Source: Epiperipatus broadwayi (Eukaryota > Animalia > Onychophora). From it: DNA of 64,000 nucleotides. Where the stretch lies: the NCBI GenBank assembly GCA_028023455.1, contig JAQFVV010000003.1, positions 7,254,001 through 7,318,000 of the forward strand. Direction: 5' to 3'. The notes beneath the pieces are model-generated. The model did no database searches. It worked only from the letters and a program-made list of their open reading frames with translations, and was not told the DNA's origin. Positions 50,461 through 63,959 of the stretch are shown piece after piece. How positions within the stretch are numbered: position 1 is the stretch's first letter; the number at the start of each line of letters is the position of its first letter. The translations under genes were made by a program, and so were the position numbers.

Positions 50461-50812
50461 GGTAAAGAAATTACCTATCAAATCATACATGTTTGTAGGT
50501 AAAATATGAACTTTCACTGTTTACAGTTTTACAGATTATAAAAGGACAATTGTCTATCTATATGAGTGTGTATATTGAAGCTATTAGGTTAAAGTGTAAG
50601 TTAATTCAAGATTTATAAAAATAATAATAAAATAAATATAATTAAAGTATATTGATAAAATTTTATTTTTGTAATTCCAGCTATTAATGAGTGCTATTAC
50701 TTCGTTAATTTTTTTTTTGACATTTACCATTAAAATTTTTGTGTTTTTGTTGTAATTCGAATTTCATAGCGTTTTCTTGGGTTTTTTTTAATTTATATTT
50801 TAGAAGAATTTG

Positions 50813-52732
50813 GGTAATAGTATGAAAACTGAATCCTACCATCTGATGGCACTGTTTTTCACAAAACGCACATCAATATACTGTTTTAGTGGCCTTAACT
50901 TCTAGCTGACAGTACAAGAGGTGTTTTTTGAGCCATAACAGGCCGTCTGAGGGCAATGTATTCTACAATTATGTAACAAAATACTACGCTCATTGCATTG
51001 CAACAGTATTCATCAAGTAAGTGCTCTTGAACTCTCGCTACAGTCTGATTTGATGGTGGCCATGTTTAAAAGAGACGAAACTCTGTAAAAATTCAATGTT
51101 GGAAATTTTTTAGAAAGCATAATGGAATTAGTATTCCATATTAAGAATTGTCATGTCATCACACATGCTTATCTATGCTTTTGAACTGTACACAGCTTCA
51201 AAAGGTTCTTTTCAGCAGAGTTTTTTCTGATTTTGCACGCAAATGCCCATTTATGCATGAATCCTTGTGAGAACTGTCAAATGTCATCTGAAAGTTGTCT
51301 GAATTGGTCAAAGCTGAGTGAATTGCTGGCTGGCCACACAAGTTGATGCACAAAATTGTGTTTTCCCAGAAAGAAAAACTCCTGCAAGCATACCTATGTA
51401 GGTTTGCATAAGGGAAATTGTTTGTTCGAAGGTTCCAAAATCCTGTTACTTACAGCTTTGAGGCTTCCCTGTTATTTTATTTGCATGTTACTTTTGGCTG
51501 CTGTTTTTTATGTGCCCGTAAATGGTAGTGTTTTTTTTACTTGTTTTGCTTCACAACTTATCTGAAGTTTCGTTTCTTTTTGATTCAATAAATTATTTTA
51601 TGGGGAAACTTGTTGTTTTTGTTGTTCATATGATTATAAAGTAGGTAGGTAATATTTTATAAGTATCATTAACAGTTAAAGTAGGTAATATTTTATTATA
51701 CCAAAAAAAGTGTTTAAGAGTTGATTCAAAAGGCCCCACCAAAATGAAATAATATAATAATAAAGAACTATGTGGTAACATAATAAAATGTTAAAAAAAA
51801 AATCCAAAAAGAAGTCGATAATTAAAAATCAAAACAAACCTTCCCTGCCACTCCACCTCCCCAGGCTTAAAAAAAAGTGTTCTTTAAAAACGAACTGTTT
51901 ATGTTGTTTTTTTTTTAATTAAAGGCTCAAAAAATTAAGGGAGAACTTTTCACTATCATATAAAGCTTTCTGTAGCATAAAGATTTGAAACAAAACAAAA
52001 AAAAAAGCCTCATAATAAATTAACAAAAAAAAATGACAATTCCCTCCACCCTCTAAAAAACCAAGTGTTGGTTTATTCAAAAGTACCGAATTGTTGAAAT
52101 CTTTCAGCAAATCAAAACATCAACCAAAAAAAAAAGAAGATAAGTTAATAGCAAACAACCAACCATCTAAAAACAACAAAGTGTTTGTTATCATATTTTT
52201 GTGTAAACAAATGAATGGAGCATTAATCGATAATTTAAAAGCAAACCAACACCCCTAACACACCTAAAAATAAAGTGTTTGTTTCTTAAAAAAAAACGAA
52301 CCCCAAAAAAAATTTTAAAAATGTATGAAAAATAAATTTGCTTTACCGTAAGTAATATTATATAAAGAAACCTATGGATAGTTAGTTGTTAATTTACAAA
52401 CAAACCAATACCCCTAGACCATCTAAAAACACAGTATGTTTATTAAAAAAAACCCTGGGTGGAATAAAAAAAAACCTTTGGTGGTTTACCATCTCCGACA
52501 AAAAAAAATTAAAAACCGGTTGAAAAAAAAAACAAAAAAATTTTTGCCGTAATATTATGTAATAATAAAAAACTTTGGTGGTTAACCATCGCCGACGCAA
52601 AAATAATAAAAAAAAAAATCTTTTACTGTAATATTATGTAAACAAACAGACAGCCCGTGAATCGATATATTGATGAGAATTGGGTGAAAAAGAGTGCCAT
52701 CAGACAGTAGGTTCAGTATTCATACTATTACC
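50813..52732 (-). mobile_element. Merlin/IS1595-like DNA transposon, decayed
   Basis: ~70-bp TIRs starting GGTAATAGTATGAA and an 8-bp TSD AGAATTTG (50805-50812, 52733-52740). Frameshifted SNIE...KHGHHQI...LDEY remnants and subterminal tandem repeats. Confidence 0.7.
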
Positions 52733-52740
52733 AGAATTTG

Positions 52741-53150
52741 TTTGATTTATTTTGCTTTAGGCATTTTACTTTGTCCATTTCAACAAAGAAGGCACCATTC
52801 TTGGGGGGGGGAGGGTACATTTGATGTATTTTCTCTGATTGTAATTCAAATTTCATAGCGTTTTTTTTTTTGGTTGTTTTTTTTTTAATTTGTATTTTAG
52901 AAGATTTTGTTTGTTTTATTTTGCTTTAGGCATTTTTAATTTGTCAATTTCAGTGATTTTCGGATATAAATTCTTCATGGGGAGGGGTGATGTTTCTGTT
53001 TGATGCATTTTCACCAATTTCTGTTTTATTTTATAGCATTTTCTTGTTTTTCTTTTATTTCTATTTTAGAAGGATCTGTTCGATTTATTTTTGCCTTAGG
53101 CATTTTTAATTTGTCAATTTCAGAAATTTTTGGATAGAAATTTATCACTT
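52741..53150. repeat. ~170-bp tandem repeat, with a further partial unit at about 50700-50812, split by the Merlin-like insertion
   Basis: ttattttgctttaggcatttt recurs near 52745, 52915 and 53085. ttgtaattcraatttcatagcgtt occurs at 50750 and 52840. Confidence 0.75.
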
Positions 53151-53689
53151 GCATGCTTCTTGGGGGTTGTTGATGGTACTGCAGCATCACCCAGTGGCCA
53201 CATTGGGTGTAAGTCACAACTACCTTAAATTATTTTTAAAATGTGTGAGAGAATAAAGAAAAATTTTTCATAATTTTAGTTTAGGTATCCATTTTCTTTT
53301 AAATATTTAAACTACTAAAATTTGATTTTTTTTTTATTAGCAGTTTATTAATTATTTTAAAAATTCAGTTATTCATTTTTTCATAGTAAAAAAGTAATAT
53401 ATATACATGTATATAAAAGATTTAGTCAGACTATATATAAATCATCATACAAAAGTAAAAAGATCATTATCAATTTAACTATTGCCAACTTTATCTGAGA
53501 CTACTAACAAATAGTATTATTAATATATTTAAATCATTATATAGTGACCTAAATAATAGCAAAAGTATTTACTAATCCCTCATTACTAGATTAAAAACAC
53601 CTCTTCATTCTAATGCCATCTAGTCATTACCTGATGCATATAAAATCCCACATGCTTCTATTTCATTTAAGCTAGGTATTTGATTTCTT

Positions 53690-53944
<255 letters not shown>

Positions 53945-55619
53945 ATTTCTAATTAGGAGAATAAGATAACTTTATGATTCTATAAAGGTATTAGAATATG
54001 TAGTTGCTAAATTGGTTTTAGATTTATATAATTCTTTAAGCAGGTTGACTTAAGTTCAAAATTTTAGACTGACTTGAATTTCAAATTTTTAGCTTAACAG
54101 TAAAATGGAGTCAGTGGTAACTGTTAGATAGTATTTGCATTTCTTCAACTTTGAATCCTATGCTTCAATGATAAATACAAAAGTCAGAAAAGAGGATTTC
54201 ATATATATCTGGTAATTAATTATTTAAGATTACACTAGATGTCAGTAGAATGAATTTAGATATAAAGACCATAGATTATGTTGTGGAAATGGGATGGAGC
54301 AGAACATGGGGAAAATATAGGGTGGAGAATGGAAAATAAAGTGGCTAACAGGTTTCCCTGGGTATAATTGATGAGAGATTCCTGATTCCATTTAAAAAAA
54401 CCCACAGCACATCACATCACATCTTATATTGTCTAAACTGTGTGTTCAATGGTTAAATATTTTTACTAGATTGTACATTATTTGTATTTTAACCTTTTTA
54501 TTAAAGCCAGAATATATCTTTTATTGTTTAATATATGCATAACAATCCCTTTTTATTATTACATTTTTTTATTTAAAAATCAAAAATATCTTTATTATTT
54601 CGATGTGCCTAATTATCTCTCTTTATTTAACCATTCAAATCCCTCCATTCAAGCACAAGATTTTCTATTTAAAAAAAAAAAAAACACTTTATATTTCCAA
54701 CATAGTTGTAGACTTTGGAAAAATGTATATCATTTTTAATATTCAAATCAAGTAAACCAATCTTTTCAGCTAGCTAAGCTATCCTATGAGTCCCAAATGA
54801 TAATTACCATCGTTACAATATTTATATAAATAAGAAAAGATATATTTAATGCTTAGGTAAAAGAATTAAAATCTACATTAAGAGTTTTTTTTTTTTTTAA
54901 AAAAAAAGGTAATTTTTAACCTATTAAAAAGTGAATAATAATGATTCACTGGAAGATTGTTGTCAAATGAATTGTGCTGTGAAATGTGATATCATTTACA
55001 TCAAATAAATACAGGAATAATAATAATTAAAATATATAATGTAGAGGATGGCTTGGACTAACAGAAGAGACTGGTTTAAATGAAATATATATATATATAT
55101 TACAGATAGATTCATAGTTAACTTTTGCGAATAGAGAAGTAGATAGATTTACAATGCAAAACAAAAATAAAACAATAAATAAGTCACAATGGAGAGTGCC
55201 ATTTATAAAATTGATTGAAATTATTGACAGCTTAATAGAATATAATAATTAATGATAATAAGAGAAATCTCACAATAGATAAAAACCAGGGAATTAAAAT
55301 TCCTCAAATTAATATCCAGAATGTGAAAATACTGTAAAGACAGAATGGTGGGGGGAAAAGTTAAATCAACATAGTATGCTCTCTTTTAAAAATTTTATAT
55401 AATACTAATGCACTGGTTATTAAATAACAGACACATTTGGAATTTAATGAACACTATAAAGTCATTTTGATAATAAGTTAAATATATTATTAGTAATCCT
55501 TGGCTTTCATTTAATCATAAGGAAATTATGTAGGTTAATGCTTTTTGTTTCCAAAATAATTTGTTAAAGATTATTCTATTACATTAGAAGTTATTTGGTA
55601 CATATTTTATTCAAAGCGT

Positions 55620-56620
55620 TTTCTCCTTCCTTCATTTGGTTTTCCCGAATTTGAGTCAATTACTCTTCTGTTTTCTCCTTTTTGGAGCATCCTGCTATTG
55701 GTTAGGCTATGGACAGGATAAATCAAGCATGTCCCAAATCATGGTAAAAATAACCTCAGGGGTTATCAGGCTGTCTCTTTTTCTTGTTTTCTTTAGATTG
55801 CTTTGCATGAAGTTAATAGAATTAAAATTTTGATGGTTAAATACTAGCTTACATCTAGTAGTCCATAATAGATGATCAAAAATTAATTAGAGTCTAATTT
55901 CTGGGTATGATCCTTTTCTGATACATTCTTTCAAATTAATTACTTTAGATTTATTTGCCTTGATCTCACTCATTAGTGTATTTTTAAGTTGCATTAGCTG
56001 ATTGCATCTGAATCTGATATGGTTGATGGTTTCATCTTTTTTGCAAATCATGCAGGTTGAATCAATTTTTGAGTACCCTCTTTTATTAACTAAAAATTCA
56101 TTAGTAGGTAATGCATTTGCATTGGTTTTGATTAGATAATCCAGATATTTGGACTCTAAGCTCCATCTTTTGAATTTCCTTATTAATTTATCATTTGAGA
56201 TGGCTAAACTTGAGAGATGGTCTTTTAAGTCAATATGCTTTATATTAAAGACCTGCCAGTATGTTAATTTGTTTTGAACTGTGTCTTCATTGATTGTTAT
56301 GCATTTCATAAGCTCATTTAGTTGTAGATCTAGCCAGTTTCTTCTCCATGGTGGTAGAGGCTGGTCTGTTGAAATGATTAGTGTAGGAATTTCTTTATTC
56401 ACTTGATTCATTTTTAATTTATGAAGAAAATTGTAAGACTTCTGGAACCATAAGGTAGAAATGTCATGGAGATCCATTCTGATAATGGCCCTGGGTCGTT
56501 GCATCTGTCTGAAGCTTATCGCTACTGCTTTCTTTTTTCAGAACAGCCCAAAGCATAAGGATGCAATTTTTGAGATGAACCGTTTACTGGGCTTAATCAC
56601 AGGGAGATAATAATTAATCT
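55620..56620 (-). pseudogene. 5'-truncated Tx1/L1-like LINE fragment, diverged relative of the 37-40 kb element
   Basis: LTKINYYLPVIKPSKRFI..F*KKK...QRPR, NALPTNEFL...CMICKKDETINHIRFRC and LLWTTRCKLVF are collinear with the 37.5-38.4 kb protein. Confidence 0.85.
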
Positions 56621-56662
56621 TTGTCAATACCATCATGTTTAATAATGTGACTTTAACTATAG

Positions 56663-56756
56663 ATGGAAAGATATATTCCAGACAATGATGTGGTTATGTT
56701 TTTGGTTGCCTTCAGTAGGGATTGTAAGATATTGCTCCTCATTGAAACTGAGACAA
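56663..56756 (+). CDS. Candidate exon of an unidentified gene
   Basis: tttaactatag| acceptor and perfect |gtaagt donor. Two frames are open (MERYIPDNDVVMFLVAF... and WKDIFQTMMWLCFWLP...). Confidence 0.3.
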
Positions 56757-57767
56757 GTAAGTGCATTGGGAAACAGAGGAATTTCTGTGGCTTGGCTACA
56801 AATCTCGAGGCAGTGCAGTTATATCATTTTTTCCTATGCTTACAAACAATACATTTGAAATGTAAAAATAATAACTGTGGATTTTTAAAATATACAGATT
56901 CATTTTTATATATTGATGTTTTTTTTTTTTGTTTTTTTTTTGATAATATATTGATGTTTAGACAATTTGTTTTAAAAAAAAAGTTGGCTGTGATCTGTTA
57001 TTTAAATGTATTTTAAAAATGCATAATGAATGAAGTAAAGCAAAAAAAAAAGTGTTCTTTTTTTTTTTTTTTGACATTTTGGACAAAATAAAAATCATAT
57101 TTTATAATATATTATTAAAAGAAAGTTTAAGTTTAAAGCTGTCTATCATTTACGTTCTAAACAAACTTTTCAAACTGAAAGCAATTTAAAATAGTAAAAT
57201 AACACTTTCTAGTTTTAAAAAAGTAATCACTTAAATTATTTGTTGAGAATATTCTGCACATTCATGATATAAAGAGCTCACTAAAGTTTATGAAGTAGCT
57301 CTGATGTTTAAGGTTTGATAAGCTATCACCAACAATGAACACTTGCTATCATTATTAACTCACTATCGTCAAACGTTAGTGTTCGTCTCTAAGACACGGT
57401 TTCCAATTACGTCAACTTATTTTGAAAAGAGAGGTTTAATATGCATATTTAGAATTCAACTTTTATTATATATATATAAAAAAAAAATAAACAACAAGAT
57501 TGTTTTATAAGAATATGTTAAATGAAGATATGTGTGAGTACATGTACCATTTTAAGGATACCATAAATAATAATTTAAGCTTTAACATTTATGAGATTTA
57601 CTATGATATATTGTTCCTATGTAAGATTGCAACAAATGATCTAATAGTTATGTTCGATTACATATGTAAATATATTACATCCGAACAGCCCTCATATTTA
57701 AACAGATCGATAGGATATTACCGATTTGTTGTCATCATATTAATATATAAACACACCCACTAGTAGC

Positions 57768-57781
57768 GTTACCATAACAAC
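57768..57781. promoter_or_regulatory. RFX X-box-like motif
   Basis: GTTACCATAACAAC, one mismatch to GTTRCCATRGCAAC, in a locally CpG-retaining region. Confidence 0.4.
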
Positions 57782-59403
57782 AGACTGTTGATACACTATT
57801 GATTTAAGCTTAAGAACTGAGCTGTTGTCATTTATATATAATAATCAGTTAGCTATTAACATTTATGGTTTAAAGCCTATATATATACGGGTATTATAGC
57901 GTTATATATTTGTATATAGACTTGTATAATATATACATATTTTTCTTAAAATTTTAATTATAATAGAACAGAATTAAAATATAAAATTAAAATTGTATAT
58001 TAAGTTAAAACATAAATGCAAATTAGTAGATAAGTATTTTTTTTTCCTGAATATTATTCTTTTTTCTTTCTAAACTTAATTCAATTATTAATATATAAAA
58101 AACAAAACACTTCTTTGGATTCTTTTTTATATATATATTATTTTTTTACTGAACTAAGGCTTATAAATAAATTTATTAAATATGAACAAAATTATTTTTT
58201 ATAATCTTTTTTAAGATTAATAAAAAAAAATTATGTGCGTTGCTTTTGGGACTATTTGAAGAAGCCTGATTGATCGAAATGAATCTTGGGAACCTATAAT
58301 ATAATATTTTATCTAAAATCTGCAATGGTACACTTGAAATATAAAAATAACATAACTATAAATAAGATCGAATCAAAAGCGGTGAAAGATTTTTTAAAAA
58401 TTGGAAATTATCATCCACCTTTACCAACAATAATATTTATTATAGATATATCTGAATTAATTAAAGATTTCCATACTAATAAAAATTACTACTAATCTTT
58501 TATGCATTTATTGAAAGGAGATTTTTAAGATTGCTAGAAATGTAGCACTCATAAAGTACACTTCCACATATGTGTGTTTATGTCCGCAAATAGACTAAAA
58601 TTTATTTTATATTTTAGGTAATTAACATACGGTACTTTGAAATTCAGAAATAAGATAATTAAAAAATTATGTTATGAAAAAATTAACAAATATATTCCCA
58701 TTTATATTCTGAAGAAGAATAAAAACATTGAAAAGGCATTAATAGTAATAATATATGAGAATAAAATTTTTTTTAAAAATAATCTTTAAACTGAAATGAT
58801 GAGATAGTTGAATAATTCACAAGATAAATGAGAAAATCAAAACGGTTTTATAAAGAAATTTACTAAGAAATGCATTTTGGAGTCTAAAATAAGTTTTATT
58901 CTTGGAATTGCAACTTTTAATATAAAAAAATGACCCAATACATATAGATATAAAGGGTTTCATGATGCAATAATGGCGATATGTATGCTGTGTCTATGGC
59001 CTGGTTATAAATCCAGGTCAGATAAACCTTTTTTTTTTTCAGATTCTAATCATATTTAGGTTTTGTTTTTTTGTTTTTTTGGGGGGGGGGATATAGCTAG
59101 TCCATAGCCAATCCAGCTAATCATTTAATACTGGTCAATAAATGGATATCTGCCTATTCTTTGATAGAAAATAAAAACAAACATAGGAAAACTATTGAAA
59201 ACCCATATTAATTAAAAATTAACAATCCTGTGAGTAAAGTCACCTCCTTTACTGTTCTTCTTAAAGAAAATTAGGAAAAACCTTTGCATGGCAGACTTTT
59301 TAAAACCTGTATAATTTTTATATAAAGAAATAAAATGGACAAATACCTTGGATCACTTGTGCAACAAAGTTTAAAAAACAACAACAACAATATATATATA
59401 TAT

Positions 59404-62142
59404 TGAAACAGTAAGATCTGCTTTGCAGATCTTTGTTTCACCTTTTCTCACCTACTTCCTACCCTCATACCTTAGTTTGAACCCCAATCTATCGTAGTGT
59501 GTCTGCAATATGCTTATATACCGAAAATCCCGCCTAATTTTAAACCACGAGTACAATGCTCGTATTATATATATAAGTCATTCCCAAATAAATAAAGATT
59601 ATAGATTATGTATATGTTCACATAATTTTGATTTATTAAAAAGTAAGTTATATAAGTCGTAATTGCGCACACACTATGATATGCATTTTAAAACATATCA
59701 AAATTATAAATTGTTAAAGTTATTTTGTTTGAATCTATTTACAAATATATTACTGTCGTAATGTATTTTGATTTAAAATAAAATTCATTTAGTAAATATT
59801 CGTTTAGTAAATAGATTCAAATATTGCAATTTAAAAAGTAAAATCATTTTCTTTAATTTAATAAAAGTTATTCCAAATATTTCTGTTTAAATAAATCAGG
59901 GACAATAGTTTAATTAGTTAATGTTCTATAAGTTTATCTAAAAACAGCAGATGTCCACTTACGGTTTTCTTTAATTAGTAAAAGTAATTTTTAATTAAAT
60001 CTAGTTTGTAATTAGAATGTCGACAGGGAAATTAACAAAAGAAATTAATTAATGTTGAATTCCTTTAGACATTCGGATGATTTAATTACAGCTGATAAGT
60101 CTGATATATTTTTGTAATGCTCCAGGGCAGTTCTATTGTTAAAGTTTACTATAAAAAGAAGGGTTTTCTTTTGTCCTGGAGTTTGTATTCTAATGTTTCT
60201 AAGAGAAATCATTCTGAGTTCTATTCTAATAATTTGCTAACCTTGACATGACAGAGTAGAGGCGTTAAGATGGCTATGTCCCCTCGGAATAGCCAGCCGC
60301 TGCTCCAGACCATCGGAAGCTATCACATAGGGAACCCTGGAACTGCTGCTGCTGCAAAAATATGAACATTTCCAGATTTTGCTGTTAAGTTATATAAAAA
60401 CCTGCCGACCATCAATCTACCTAAAATGCTTCTCCAGAGGTAACCCTAAATTAACCCAAGAGCTCTTGTGATAACTAACATGCTATAGCTATTTAAAATT
60501 GTTTTTCTTATATTTCACATAACTTCATTATGTATTTCTTTAACATGTTTAAATATACTCAACATTTTGCTCTCTATCTTTGGGTTAATATTTCTATTTA
60601 TTAAGCTTTCTGTTATTTTATTATGATAATGTGTCAGAATCGTCTTTGACCGAGTGAATTATTCCCTTTGTTGAAAATAAGATGCCGCTATGAAGGCATA
60701 TTTTAAATTTCTAAATAATTTCCAATTTTATTATCTTGCAAATCACTCATTCGAGGGTGATTCTTTTCTTTAATATATAATATAATCACATAGTTTAAAA
60801 TCTACATGTTATTGATTTTAATCTAAAATGAGAGTATGTGCGAGGTCAATGATTAAATGTGTCCCCTAATGCATGATTGGGTATATAAATCTATACTTAC
60901 TTTTCAAACCCGCAAGCATGCATTTTCCTATTTTAATTACCGTGTTCTACTTTAATTACAAAGTTCACCATTGACGTCGAGAATGTGCGGACCCTTTTAA
61001 ATGAATTTCTGGGATGTGATTGGGCATTTCTCTTAATCCAAGTAAAACCCATTCAGTATGTTTTGTATACACTTGTCTCGTATTGCTGGTAAATGAATTG
61101 GTTGTGTCTCCTTTGTTTTATTTTTCCAAGGATTCTTTACACGGCTAAGGCCGTTCTCTTCGCCCTTTTGCGGTTTCCAGGCAGAGTGTGCCTCCAAATG
61201 ACACACCTGGGAATTAAATGCAATGACACACCTGGGAATTAAATGCAATCATCATCCAGTCGCTAAGTTTCGGCTGTTCATAAAATACTGTCATATGGGT
61301 TAGCGGCGAGATGCCCTCCGTAATTATTCTGGATCTTCAATATTGTTTTATTTTATATTTATTTTACAAAGCATCCGTGACTTAAATGTGACACACCCTC
61401 CAACTTTAATAAATTCATTATCAGCAATACTGATCTCCCAATGCAACTCTATTATTATTGTTCTCAAATAAATGCTTTGATCCCATTCCCACTTTGTTGC
61501 TTAGTAAGCTTTAGTCCGTGCTATTCTCGAAATCAATAAATATTTTAGAACGTTTAATTTTCAAATATTTTCTTAAACTTGTATAATTACTCAAAGCACC
61601 TCGCACATGTTCTTATCTCATCAGGCACATTATCGTAATGCTATTAGCCCGAGGAATAGAATATATCACTTTGCTTTAAAGTCTTTTGTCAGTTGTGGGA
61701 ATATAATGCCAACAATTATTTAATACGCGTCCCTGTCTCATATAAGCAGACAGTGGCATTATATATATAATTTATATGAATAAATTTTGTGAAATTATTT
61801 AAAACTAAATTTGATCTCTTATTTTATTTGATTCCTATCACTGTCTCGGTCTATATATATATATATTTTCTGCATTTCTTTTGTAAATCCACAGACGTTA
61901 ATTAGCCACCCAAACTTCTTTTAGTATAGAGTCTTTTGTTTCTCCCTGACCACCAGGCACCGGTCAAAGGTCATACTAGTAGTGGCATCAGATGCGTTGT
62001 CACATAGATGGCACTGTGAAATTTGGGCTTTAGATTCGAACTTAGTATATCTAGAAGGCAACCCCTCCTAGAATGTTCAGTTTCGTGTCTGGGGTTTGAA
62101 TTCTGCAGTGTGTTAGCGAGATAGACGATTCTGACTGTTACA
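59404..62142 (+). mobile_element. Solo giant LTR (~2.74 kb), related to the 13490-16278 LTR
   Basis: TGAAACAGTAAGA...TCTGACTGTTACA imperfect terminal inverted repeat, ATAT on both sides (59400-59403, 62143-62146), and collinear similarity to the other giant LTR. Confidence 0.78.
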
Positions 62143-62160
62143 ATATATATATATATATAT

Positions 62161-63931
62161 TGTGATGATCACACATACTGCGGTCACACATATAAATATT
62201 AAACATTCAAAGAATATTAAATATTATGTTTGGAAGAAAAAAAAATAAAAAAAGAAAAAGCGAGCTTGGAAAAATTTACAGAACAAAGAAATGTTTCAAC
62301 TAATTAAAAAAAAGAGAGGGAATTAGAATCAAAAGATTCTTATCTTTTACCCTCCAAAGTTCGGGTTTTGGTGAAATTAAAATATAAAATTAGAGATATT
62401 GGAAATGTATGTTAAAAAATAAAGCGATAAAGAAATATAAATAAAATGCAAGTTAAAATCCGATTTTGAAAGAAAGTAAAGTTTAAAAAAAAAAAAAAAA
62501 AACCTTAAATAGCGCGCAAAACAGAGAAAGTTAGACATGATCAAAAGATAAGGATCTGGGTTTTAAAGTACACATTTGACGATAAACGAAATGCATGTAT
62601 GGAGTGTATTTGAAGCAGGATATAGACAGAAATAATAAATGCTTGTCCAAATTTAAAAAAAAAAAAAAAAAAAAAAACATGTATTAAAATCTGTTTAATT
62701 AAAATCAAGAATATTGAAATAAATAAAGGTACATAGTGCTACGAGAGTGGGTAAAACCAATTTACATATGGCCGAAGGCATAGTAAGAAAGAAGGTGTGA
62801 ATAAAAGTGAAACAAAGGATCGGAAGGACAAAGGCTGGTGGAATTTTTTAATTAAAAAAAAAAAGTTTTTCAAGAGAGATTAGAGCTAGAGACTTCGTGT
62901 TGAGAGGGTGGTAAAACACAGCTCCGATAATCAACCGATATAGTTAACAAATATGACTTTTAACATCGGTGCTTCATCTAGAATGGCTGGCTAAGGCCAT
63001 CGTGATCGCTGGTCGATCCGGACTTACTGTACTAATGGTTCTTGTCAAGATGTAATAACCGCCGTCGTAGCGCCTGCCGGTGGATTCATTTAGTTGCCTT
63101 GTCCTCGATGCCTTGTCCTTTCCTTGCCCCCCCTCCATGATGCCTTAACACTGAGAAGCTATACACAACCAAATCTAACCTACGAGCGACCGTCCCTCCT
63201 AAAGAAGTGGAGAAATCCACGTGGCGGTCGGCAGGACGTCGGATAAATTCAGAGACTAAAACCTAGGTAAAGATACATACTATTTTTTATATATTTCAAT
63301 GTGCACATCGTTTACTTAGACAATGGCCACATGCTTTTTGTGAATGATAAAGACATTCTTGAATTTTTTTTTGATAAATACCCAGAATGACGATTTATAA
63401 ATGTACCATCATTTATAAGAGTTTTTTTTATGTGTTCTTTTTCTTGTAGCACTATAGATCATAATCTGTTTTATTTAATGTTAATGTGTTTTATAGATCT
63501 TTTTTATGATTGATTTATTCTATTAAATATATTTTTTTCTATTTAAATCTGTCTTGTCTCGTTCTTCGCCACGTCCAAAAAGGGATAGTCTAGTCTTAGG
63601 GTGGGAAAACTATTATTCATTTTTTTTTGATTATTGAATTAACACGTGAAATTTGGTGGTGCAGTGTTTGATTCCATTAAATTTATAAATCATCCAAGCG
63701 CTGTAACTCTGTCAGATCTTACAGCAGTCGGGAGAAAGTTGATCGGGAAATATAACCTGGGGCTATATCCGTATAGCATACAGGTTCGGTCAAATACGGA
63801 GATAGACTCGTCTATTTCCGTATTTCTCTCTGCTTGCGGTAACGGAAAGTGGACGATTTTGAATTATAGAATTCCCCATTATGTACACATAAAAGGGAAG
63901 TTTAGCCTTCGATCGTCATGTGCCCGTTACA
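62161..63931 (+). mobile_element. 5' LTR of a further Gypsy element whose body extends beyond the window
   Basis: The end CGTTACA is fixed by the PBS 5 nt later. The start TGTGATG after (TA)n is inferred from its imperfect inverted match to the end. Relatively CpG-rich. Confidence 0.65.
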
Positions 63932-63936
63932 TATTT

Positions 63937-63959
63937 TGGGGGCCAGTCCGGGATCTGAA
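63937..63959 (+). promoter_or_regulatory. tRNA-Pro primer-binding site
   Basis: TGGGGGCCAGTCCGGGATCTGAA versus the tRNA-Pro complement TGGGGGCTCGTCCGGGATTTGAA, 20 of 23 matches. Confidence 0.85.

Noticed and set aside
62590-62660. LINE-type CxxC...CP zinc knuckle
   Set aside because: Contains stops and lies inside a segment better explained as an LTR (TG...CA plus PBS).
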